Part shown: in pieces, positions 1 through 12,000 of the stretch
Layout of the letters: each line of letters opens with the position of its first letter
Numbering within the stretch: position 1 is the first letter of the stretch
DNA from: Antedon mediterranea
Lineage: Eukaryota; Animalia; Echinodermata
Direction: 5' to 3'
Assembly: GCF_964355755.1 (NCBI RefSeq)
Contig: NC_092678.1
Location: forward strand, 24,197,365 to 24,261,364
DNA: 64,000 nucleotides
Made by a program: the position numbers and the translations under genes
The notes under the pieces: generated by a model
The model's database searches: none
Told to the model about the DNA's origin: nothing
The model's input: the letters and a program-made list of their open reading frames with translations, nothing else

Positions 1-22
1 CTTTTTACAATCTTGTTTTAAG

Positions 23-3000
23 CTAACTGCCAAAAACATTCAGTGTATGAGAGCAATTCTAAGTGTAGCTCATTGTCATGGTGGAATCCTAGGCACAGCC
101 TGGCATATGGTGCTAACCACACTACAACATCTAGCCTGGATCCTAGGCCTGAAGCCTAGCGCTGGGGGTAGCCTCAAGGTCAGCGGAGCGGCTGAAACAG
201 CCAATTCTGTCATTACCACTGCAGTCATGGGAGAGCTTCCGATTTTATCAGCCATGTTGTCGCGGCTTTTTGAAAGCTCTCAATATCTGGATGAGGTAGC
301 GCTACACCACTTGATAGACGCCCTCTGTAAACTTTCAACTGAGTCGATGGAAATTGCATATGCTAATAAGGTGAAATTATATTTTGTTTGTTTTTATGGT
401 ATTGAATTGCTTACAAGGTTTATAAGTAATTATTTTATAATATATATATTGCATTTTGATGATTTTTGAAGAATTTTATTAAAACTTTCGACAGTTGCAT
501 TTCTGCATCTTTTTGATGATGTCATAAACTCCAGATAATGAGATAAATAATTCTATAGATCAGAAATATAAAGATTGAAACAATGAATTTTCTCTCATTA
601 ATTGGAGTTTAATACTTTTATTATATTTACACATAATCAGTGCAAACAATCATTTCATTGTCATGAAAATGGCTGACAAATCACGCTTTTAAAATAGAGA
701 TAGTTTGCAACTTTTTGATCACAAACTAGAAAACGGTTGATTTCAACTATTATGCATCTTTTTTAATGCTATCAGGTTACTAGGGGCGACAAGGTACCAG
801 CATGCATTGCAGAACATTTAACAGTAACAAAAATGAACACAACAAGAATATAAAATAGTATATTGAATTCTAAATAAATTCTAAAATGATGACTAAAATA
901 GTTAAGTTATAAAAAGTGCTTTAATTGTCTGGCAAAAGGTCGCCCTTTGACAAAATGTTCACGGTAATTTGCTCGATATTTTCAATTTTTTATTTACAAC
1001 GTGTTCATTTTTCTGCTGTTGTAAGTTTACTGTACAAGTTGTGCTGTTGATTTTCTTACTTTTTTAAAAATTTGATATTGAAATGTACACTTACCAATAA
1101 ATGATTGTTTAATGGCTTTACTCTAATATTTTAAGCTCTGTCTACACTATCAAACTTTATGTGACAAAAAAATGTTCTGTGCCCAAATATGGATATATAT
1201 TTAGGCATATCAACACCATATTTGGGCACATCACACTTTTTTTTTTCAAACTAGTGTAGACAGAGCTTTCGAATGCATATATTTCCAAAATCTGCAGCCT
1301 ATACTAACTGCATGTACCCACCTTTTTTAGTATATATCTAATATTGTATTATTACAAACTTATTATAACCTTATAACCTTATGAATTGTTTATTAGTCAT
1401 CTCCAAATAATTTCCACTTTTAAATCTGTCGATCAAAATTGTGCATGACAAACTTTTTCATTTTATTATTTTATAAATTTCATGCAAGATATGATTTTCA
1501 CACCCATGTTCTCTCTCTCCTTCCCAAATGTTGTACACCTTCCAATTGATACTTGGAGATCGCTTTCTTTTTAAAACAAATTATACCCTTTTAAATTCAA
1601 TTTATCATAGATGTATTGAAATATAATGAAAAACTATCAAACAGATTCATTCCATATAGCATCTTATGACATCTTGTATTCAATTAGTGTAGTATAAGCT
1701 GTTAGCATGATGTATACTGACATACTCCCATTCCTATCATCATACATGCATTAAAAGAATGAATTGATTACTGCAGTAATTGCAGTAAATTAATATACTT
1801 TTCTTCAATTAAAGGAACCGTCACTGTTTGCTGTTGCAAAGCTATTAGAGACAGGTTTAGTGAATTTATCAAGAGTGGATGTTCTGTGGCGTCCAGTCAC
1901 AGCACATCTCTTAGAAGTATGCCAACATAATCACGGTAGGACCAGGGATTGGGGCGCAGAAGCAATAACCTCGCTTGTTAAGGCATCGCTGGCTTACAAG
2001 TTTGAACCTCCACTACATGAAAACCTGGTGCGTAGTATTTTGGAACTGGTTTTGCATAGATCGATATTCTGAGAGATACATTTTTAAAGCTCTGTCTACA
2101 CTATCAAACTAGTTTGACAAAAAAAGTGTGATGTGACCAAATATGGCGGGATCTGCCCAAATATGGTAGTAATATGAAATCATCATGTCCATATATGGAC
2201 ACATCACATTTTTTTGTCACATAAAGTTTGATAGTGTAGACGGAGCTTAAAGTTGTAAAATCTTGTTTTGGTACGATAAATATTGTTTCTATTTACTAAA
2301 TTATCCATTTGAATTTATTTGTTAAGAAACTTCAAACAATGCTATTGTCACCATTGCAAGAACTGTCTGCCATCCAACATCCTGATATTCGTCAGAGACA
2401 ACTGGAATGTGTTCTCCAGGTTCTCCACAATAATGGAGAGACATTGGCTCATGGATGGCCATTAGTTCTTGGTGTTATCGGCGCAGTCTCTGATGATCAA
2501 GGGTAAGAATGCAATTCATCAATCAGTTATCAATAAAGTATATCAGTGTTGATAACAATCTATTAATATATAGTGTCTTGATAACTTCGTGAGGTGGTTT
2601 CCCGAATGATCGTAAAATCAAAACGGTACTGTGTATGACCAACTAGCGTTATTGTCACCGACTAGTCATCAATTCATAGAAGTACTGATGAAAACACTAC
2701 TTTTTATATAGTTGAGAATTGTTACATGTGATGGTATAGGATTTAATGCAATTTGGACAATTATTTATTACTTTCGTACATGAATAAATGAATTGTCGAT
2801 TGTTTTGTCTTTATATTTCAGGGATAATCTAATAAGAACAGCTTTCAAATGCTTCCAACTAGTGACCACAGACTTCTTACCCATAATGCCACGGTATGGA
2901 TTACAAATTTGTATCTCAGTGGCTGCTAAGTTTGGACTTCAGAAAGAAGAACTCAACATTAGTCTGACGTCAGTTGGTTTATTGGTAAGCAAACTATATG

Positions 3001-6000
3001 CTTATATTAAAATCATTATATTTATGTATAATGTGTGTGGCTTGATAAATTTAGTAAAACTTCAGACAGTACTCAGCTGATGTATATTGTGTTTTCTTGC
3101 AGTGGAATATATCAGACTATTTATACCAGAATAGAGTTAGCATCAGTGAGGGCTTAGTAAAAGAAGCAAACTTAGTTGAAGGAACCAACGACAGTTCTCC
3201 AAACGAAGCTCCGGTTCCTCCTTTTGATGCACTCTGGTTGACCTTATACTCAAAGCAAGCTGACCTCTGTGTAGACTCTAGACCAGCCGTTAGGAAGAGT
3301 GCAGGGCAGACATTATTTTCTACAATCAGTGCTCATGGGTCGTTGCTTCAGCAAACCACATGGAGCACTGTATTATGGCACGTGAGTATGAACTATTACA
3401 GTAAAATGAGATGTGTCCATCCACTAGTTTGGTAGTGTAGACCGTATAGACAGAGATTTACAGTATTACCTATAGCAACTATTTTTGTATGTTACTGTAC
3501 AGTCATTCAGTCAACAGTGCAATATCAATGTTATCAAACCGTAACTGAAGCTCATGTATTTTGTTAACAACACTCCTTGCATTAAACAACGCTATGTTTA
3601 TATTATTATTACTGTTATTGTTATGCTGTTGTTGATGAATTTGTTCATCGTCACATGACCGATTCGTTGGCCCAGGATTTAATTCAATATCTCCTGCGAT
3701 CTGTAGTTCTAGACTGAAACATGCTACATGATTACTGTAATAAGTAACTGGAGACGAATATATAGTTCTACGGAGACTGTATGCAATCAATTTGACTAAG
3801 CTGGACTTGGTACACCTGAATGGTATCCATTGTTGACGTAGACGAGATACGCAGGCCTAGCATTTATGCTAGGTGAGCGAATGATGTACACAACAGGGTT
3901 TGCAATGTCAATAGATATCATTAACATTTTCAACTGGATGGACTGTATATATATACAGGCTGATATAAGTTGAAATCAAGATGCAGAACGATAGGTAAAA
4001 GGCAAATAATCTCGTACCATTGGCTTTCATCGTCTTTTTATTTGACTGTTGATTTGTTAATTATTTTAAGGTATTGTTTCCTCTGCTGGATAAAGTCAAA
4101 AAGTTATCCGGTGCAGCCAAGCAAGACAAGTCGGATATTAGTGGGGGCGCTAACATTCTGATCCATCATTCACGAGACACAGCTGAGAAACAGTGGGCGG
4201 AGACTAAAGTACTTACATTAGCTGGGGTTGCCAGAGTTTTTAACACGTGGAGGCAACAACTAATTCTTTTAGGTGAGTAAAGTTTTGAGTGGCTGTCTGG
4301 TTCTTTTGTACATAGGTCAAGTATTGTGATTGATTGCTGTAATACCACTCCCTGCAACACAAACTTTGATGAAGGTTTTTTTCGTTCATGCATGCCAGTT
4401 TATTCATTAAATCCTAATTGAGACTAAACTTCTCTTCTTTATCCTGTTCAGTGACAAGTGCTCATGACCATGCATCATTGTAGGTGCTGGCATGAACATC
4501 CATTTTCCTTGATCTTAATTCATTTTAAGGCTTGCCCACTACAAGATCATCTTCTAGGGCGTCTGCCTTCAACCTTTGACCTCTGACCTCATATCATTTT
4601 GTTTTGCTTTGTATATTAATATCAGTCATATAAATAAATGTTATGAAACTAAACTAGATCTTGTTTTCAGCACACTTCAATCCATAACCATTAACCAATG
4701 CCATTTGTATTCTTTCTTAGGTGATTTCCCAAGAGCATGGGCACTATTACTTGAACACATAGAATCTTCAGCGTTAAGTACAAGTAATGAAGTGTCGTTA
4801 AACGCATTAAAAAGCTTTCAAGAAATACTTCAACTACAGGCGTCGTCTCCATCTCCTAAAGTTCTTGAAAAGGCTGCATCTCTAGATACCTCAATGTCAG
4901 CACCAAAAGCAGAACAAATCAAAAGAACTACTTCTGGGGATAATCCTAAAATCATGCCACAAAAACAAATTGAAAATGTAATGGACGATTTCACGCTGTG
5001 GTCGACGGCATGGAGGGTGTGGCATAGCATCGGGATTAATGGCACAAAGCCTCCAACATCAAAGACTGCTAAGACTCTGCCGTCGCAACCGTTTTTAACG
5101 ACGTTACTGCAGATATTTCCAACGTTGTTTCAACATATAAAGTCGAAGTTTGTTGCGTCGGATTTTCAGAAGCTTTCGCGTGTACTGCAGTGCGCGGTGT
5201 CTGTGCCAATTCATGCCGATGCATCGCCATTTTTACTTCCTTCGTCGATGCAAGAGGCTGAGCTTACTGGTCTACAGGAGGCTGCTCTCAATGCAATAAC
5301 TTGTGTTTCAAAGGTAATGATTTAACTTATTCATTTTTGTTTTCAAGCTGCCATGGAACATTACGTGTACAGCCCCATTAGAGAATGTGTTCATTTTTAC
5401 CTGACGTTTTTGAAAACTTCGGGTAAATGTCACTTAACCTCCTACTGTGACATGTGTTTATTTAAGTCCAACTTTGATAGGCAGGTCATTAAACTATTTG
5501 ATCATCGCCGAATTCTGCTAGTTTTTGCCTGACCATTGACCTTGCATACCGAAGAATGTACCTTGTCCTAATCAATCAATTACAAGAGAGCTAATAAAAT
5601 TACAGGGGTATAATAGGATTCAGGTAATTAATCACCTGCTTAGTTGATTTATCTGATAAGGATTTTGACCAAAAAGTTCTAATGGGGATGTACACCTAAT
5701 GAAGACCAGAAAGGGTGGCGTATCCGAGTCAAAAAAGCCCGAGCAAGCTTGACATGATGATGATTTTTGTTGTAAAAATATTAAGAATATTCTAGCATAA
5801 AAAAGTCCTTTCTTTCCCAACAGTTGTCGATAATTTGAAATTGCAGATGTAAAAAGGATGATTTAATCAGTTGCACAATAAAATGTCAATATCTTTCTTT
5901 TCCTTGCAGGCAATAGGTACATCTGAAACCATGCAGGCTATGCACCCAGCTGTCTTTGATCAACTACTTACTTTTGTCACGTACGCTTGCCAAGCACCCT

Positions 6001-9000
6001 CATTTGGGCAGATTGAGACGAGAGTCATGTCAAAGACCGCCAGTAAACAGGTATGAGGAATTCATTTCAAACTTTTGTTGCTGGTTAAATTATATTTTTT
6101 ATGATTAGGTTAAATCCATTTATTTGTCGTAGTATTCAACTCTCCCGCTACCGGACTCTCTGAAAACCAGAAATTTCCTCAAAACCATACTTTTCTTGAG
6201 GTTCAAATTTCTTTTACCATTAAAATTGATTCTGAATACTAGCCTTTCTTGTAATATTAGGCCAGCTTAAAGGTGTCTGGTATTGGGAGAGTTGACTGAC
6301 TGTATTGGTATTTGTCAAATTTCTTTTATTTCTTTTCTTCATATTTTTTTGATACTGTAGCTATTCTCTTTTAATCTTTTGAAATTTAGTGCTAACTATA
6401 ATAGTTAAAACAGAATGAGAGCATGCGACATGTTTGAGACGGAAAATAATCCTTTATTTAGAAGTGTGCATGTTTAACCACTAACAAGTACATCAACAAA
6501 CAAAAATTAGCCTGCTCCATTATATTCACTCTTAAATTGATGATGCCCTAAATCATTATAAGAAGGGAGTAATAATTTCTATCAACCAGTTTGTTTATTA
6601 TTTTGGTGTTGCACACCAAAGATGACCCAATAAGTCCTTAGTCTTGTTTCAGGCAGGGTCCTTCTGCTGGTCAATTGGGCAGTACACGGGAACCGGGAGC
6701 GATCCCCTACTCCTTTCGAAGAGTCAACAATTCTATGTCATAAATATTACTTACTATAATATTTACTTACTATCCACATAGATTAATTACCACCTAATTA
6801 ATATATACACACTCACTATATAAGACAATATTATATCATCCCCTACCCAAAAAGTTTTTGTTGACTCCCCTATAAAAAACTTTTAAATTATCTTGAAATT
6901 ATTCCTTTCATTAAAATATTCAACAAGTAATGTGTATGATAATATGGTTAGCATCTTAAATTTGCAAGTTTTCTCAGACTTTCTTTTCGTAATATTTTGT
7001 TTATTTGAACTATAAAATAACCTGGCAACACTTAAATAGCTTTTATTGTGTCTTATTCATCTACCCCCTCTATAGTCTGCTGAATATTTGCATTCATGGA
7101 TTCAATGTAAGGTACTGTTACTACCGCATGCCGCTTTTTTTTTTCGCTTTCTTCCCAATGTTTTTTATTCCGTTTTTTTATATAAATTAGTTTTTTTGTT
7201 AGTTGATGCTTTTGATTTTATTTTTTTTCAAGGTAAGTAATTCATCTTTAAATTTTATGACATCAAACTATGTTTTTTTTTAAAATTAATTTTTAAAAGT
7301 TATTGATACAAGACACATGTGTATTATAATGCAAGTTTCACCTTAAAGGGACATGGCAGCACTATGCAAGTTTCACTTTAAAGGGACATAGTCAAAATTT
7401 TTGTGTTTATATCTATTTTTATGGATACAGTAATATGAAATATGAACGTAAATATACAGAGGGCAATATACAGAGGGCAATATACTTATAAGAAAAATGA
7501 TTCCATCACAGAAAAATGAAGTTTAAAAATCTACATTTTACAACATCTGGAAATTCTACCTTCATCCTCTCATAATCTTATAAACCAATGCAATCTTTAG
7601 GTTCAAATCACACATTTCTTTTTCATAAATAGGTTATTCGTAGTATAATGTAATAATTGTTTTTTTCAACATTAAACATAATAATTGATAAAAAAAACTG
7701 TTTTGTTTTTATTTTTTCAAAGCTTTGTTTTGCAATTGTTTTTATCTCTTTGGTGATAGTTTATCTATACTATTGTGATATTCTGTTTTAATTCTATTTT
7801 TGTTTTGCTCACTGCTCCAATTTCCTTTTAATTGTTGCTCCTGCTATTTTGCTTTGAAAAAAACATTTCATAAATCACCCACATTATAAATACTCATCAA
7901 AGTAAGTTATTATTTACAATGCTTAAGTTTTCCGATTTATAAATTACATAGTGTTTTTGTTTTCAACAACATATTCATTTGTATCATCATCATTTTTAAG
8001 TTTGGTTAAAATTCAAATCAAGAATGTGTTTGAGTCGCTCCCTTTTGCTTGATAATTCATGTTTTCATCTCCGATATTCTTCTGCCTGCTTTTTGTTGTG
8101 TTTTCACATTAAAAAGACATCACTTACATCAGTGACATTTTAAATGAATTGACAACAAATATAATACGACATATTTACAAAGACCATCAATCATTAGATT
8201 TAATTACTGTCTGTTATTAACTATTGGGTATAACAATAGCAACGTTGGTAAAATATGTAATAGAATTAAAAAATCCAACTACCGTATTGATTGATAAATC
8301 ATAAGCAATCAACATTCAAAATATTTGCAAGGACACTCAGTCAACCATGGAAATATAAGTTTATTAAGAATTAAAACAATAAGAATAAGGATATGATAGT
8401 GAGCAAAACATCTCTATTCAATCAGTAATGCTCTGTCTACACTATCAAATTATCAAATATGGTATTGATCATCATCATGTCCATATATTTGCACATCACA
8501 TTTTGTTGTCACATGCAGTTTGATAGTGTAGACAGAGTTCAATAGAATGCCAACTTTATAAATGTATTTGAATAGATAAATCATTGTTTCATTGATTTTA
8601 TTTGTTATCAGGAAAAATGGGAAAGTTTTAGAGGTAGCCAGCAGGTAGGTTGTCAATGGGTATTACCTGTGACAATAGTTTGTCTGCAAGTGGTGTATAT
8701 ATATTGCATTTATCAACAATAACAACTGCTATCAGTGTTGTAGTATTATACACTTAACTCTTCCAAAGGCAGCATTCTTTCTTTGTAAAATGAATTCTGA
8801 GAACCATATATCATGCGTTATTCAGTGGAGTAATGCACAGGACAAAGGCCCCTGGTTTAGCACTCCTTAAGGGCCCGCCAACCCTGGGTAGTTGCATTTG
8901 AAAATGCTCTGGGGCCCCTTGAGGTCTGTGGCCCCTGGGTTTAGCCAGTGAACACTCATAGCCGTTGGCATTATTCATGGTTTCTGCCCAATGGTGTTTA

Positions 9001-12000
9001 GAGTGTAGGCATTTAGGGCCAACCTAAAGGGTGTCTGTGGTTTCTGCCCAATAGTGTTTAGAGTGTAGGCATTTAGGGCCAACCTAAAGGGTGTCTGTGG
9101 TTTCTGCCCAATGGTGTTTAGAGTGTAGGCATTTAGGGCCAACCTAAAGGGTGTCTGTGGTTTCTGCCCAATGGTGTTTAGAGTGTAGGCATTTAGGGCC
9201 AACCTAAAGGGTGTCTGTGGTTTCTGCCCAATGGTGTTTAGAGTGTAGGCATTTAGGGCCAACCTAAAGGGTGTCTGTGGTTTCTTCCCAATGGTGTTTA
9301 GAGTGTAGGCATTTAGGGCCAACCTAAAGGGTGTCTGTGGTTTCTGCCCAATGGTGTTTAGAGTGTAGGCATTTAGGGCCAACCTAAAGGGTGTCTGTGG
9401 TTTCTGCCCAATGGTGTTTAGAGTGTAGGCATTTAGGGCCAACCTAAAGGGTGTCTGTGGTTTCTGCCCAATGGTGTTTAGAGTGTAGGCATTTAGGGCC
9501 AACCTAAAGGGTGTCTGTGGTTTCTGCCCAATGGTGTTTAGAGTGTAGGCATTTAGGGCCAACCTAAAGGGTGTCTGTGGTTTCTGCCCAATGGTGTTTA
9601 GAGTGTAGGCATTTAGGGCCAACCTAAAGGGTGTCTGTGGTTTCTGCCCAATGGTGTTTAGAGTGTAGGCATTTAGGGCCAACCTAAAGGGTGTCTGTGG
9701 TTTCTGCCCAATGGTGTTTAGAGTGTAGGCATTTAGGGCCAACCTAAAGGGTGTCTGTGGTTTCTTCCCAATGGTGTTTAGAGTGTAGGCATTTAGGGCC
9801 AACCTAAAGGGTGTCTGTGGTTTCTGCCCAATGGTGTTTAGAGTGTAGGCATTTAGGGCCAACCTAAAGGGTGTCTGTGGTTTCTGCCCAATGGTGTTTA
9901 GAGTGTAGGCATTTAGGGCCAACCTAAAGGGTGTCTGTGGTTTCTGCCCAATGGTGTTTAGAGTGTAGGCATTTAGGGCCAACCTAAAGGGTGTCTGTGG
10001 TTTCTGCCCAATGGTGTTTAGAGTGTAGGCATTTAGGGCCAACCTAAAGGGTGTCTGTGGTTTCTGCCCAATGGTGTTTAGAGTGTAGGCATTTAGGGCC
10101 AACCTAAAGGGTGTCTGTGGTTTCTGCCCAATGGTGTTTAGAGTGTAGGCATTTAGGGCCAACCTAAAGGGTGTCTGTGGTTTCTTCCCAATGGTGTTTA
10201 GAGTGTAGGCATTTAGGGCCAACCTAAAGGGTGTCTGTGGTTTCTGCCCAATGGTGTTTAGAGTGTAGGCATTTAGGGCCAACCTAAAGGGTGTCTGTGG
10301 TTTCTGCCCAATGGTGTTTAGAGTGTAGGCATTTAGGGCCAACCTAAAGGGTGTCTGTGGTTTCTGCCCAATGGTGTTTAGAGTGTAGGCATTTAGGGCC
10401 AACCTAAAGGGTGTCTGTGGTTTCTGCCCAATGGTGTTTAGAGTGTAGGCATTTAGGGCCAACCTAAAGGGTGTCTGTAGTTTCTGCCCAATGGTGTTTA
10501 GAGTGTAGGCATTTAGGGCCAACCTAAAGGGTGTCTGTGGTTTCTGCCCAATGGTGTTTAGAGTGCAGGCATTTAGGGCCAACCTAAAGGGTGTCTGTGG
10601 TTTCTGCCCAATGGTGTTTAGAGTGTAGGCATTTAGGGCCAACCTAAAGGGTGTCTGTGGTTTCTGCCCAATGGTGTTTAGAGTGTAGGCATTTAGGGCC
10701 AACCTAAAGGGTGTCTGTGGTTTCTGCCCAATGGTGTTTAGAGTGTAGGCATTTAGGGCCAACCTAAAGGGTGTCTGTTTTTTGGAAGAGTTAACTGTAT
10801 ATAATACTGTGTTATCAGAAACCATCAAAAACACAATATTTACAATATATGCTGCAATGGTGTGGTGTACCTAACGCATTTATTCATTTTATTGTTTTCA
10901 TTTTTTATTGTCCTTTTACAAGTAGCAAAACACATTATTCATTCATATCCATGATGCTGTAGTGTAAATATAGGCAGGGCTTGTTATGTACTTGGGCTTA
11001 AACGCCACTTCACTGCCTTTCTGCAATTCTTGAATAAAATGCACAGATTTATCTTGTGTAAGCCCACACATGTATAACAACATGGAGGTTGATTGCTACC
11101 TCCTTAATAGGGAATCTACTGAATATACAGATCAAAATTAAAACAATTAATGGTAATTTTTTATTTAATAAATTAATATTTTTATCCTGAAGAGTTTTGG
11201 TATATTAATGTATAATTATGACTAACTAAATTGTTCTATATTACAATGGCTTTTCTCTTTAACTAATTCTAATTAAATTTTTATAATAATGTTATTTTAC
11301 TCAACGTGAATTTAAGACAAATAATGTGATGATCCTATCAAACAAACATACCTTGTGAATGTTGTCTTGCGTTAAAAAAATGTTGTTTTTTATCATTCTT
11401 GTTGCATGAGGACAGCATGGATGTATGTTTGTGATTTACAAAATTTGGTGTAATTTGTGTAAGTGTTTACCATGGAAAAAATCCTGCGCCAAACATTCAC
11501 AGCTCTAGCTCTGAAAAAGCCTTTCCTGTTTGGCCCTAGTTGGGGCACACTGCACTTCTACTGGGACCAAACATTCACAGCTCTAGCTCTGAAAAAGCCT
11601 TTCCTGTTTAGCCCTAGTTGGGGCACAATGCACTTCTACTGGGACCAAACATTAAGTTAAGTTAAGGCAAACAAATCTCTGTTTTGTGCATCTTGGGTTC
11701 TTGTCAGTTAATTGCAGGTTGATCCTGATCAGTGTATTTGTCTGTAAGTTAACTCTGTTTCTCCCATTGTCTTTAGGCTGAGTGGGTCAGTATGAATTAC
11801 GTCCCTTTTGCGGAAAAAAGCCTTAGTATGACTACCGCCCTCTATAAAAAGACAGCGACGCGACAAGCAGTAATGGAACAACAGGTTTTGCAGAATATTT
11901 TAAGGGTATGTTCTTGTTATTTGGTTAATATTTCTATGTATACATCATCAGTTTTACTATAGTGTCACTCAAAACCAAAGCTGTTTTTTCTGAATCTCTT

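Noticed and set aside
9013-9018. TTAGGG in each 60-bp unit as an interstitial telomere
   Set aside because: Single hexamers, not tandem telomeric repeats.
8975-10834. 619-aa ORF on the minus strand
   Set aside because: It is the translation of a stop-free 60-bp minisatellite inside a MON2 intron, with no ATG start or domain and no synonymous-site variation pattern.
11718-11743. Possible small MON2 exon (TTGCAG|...|GTAAGT)
   Set aside because: 26 nt would shift the frame, and the following intron would be only 33 nt.
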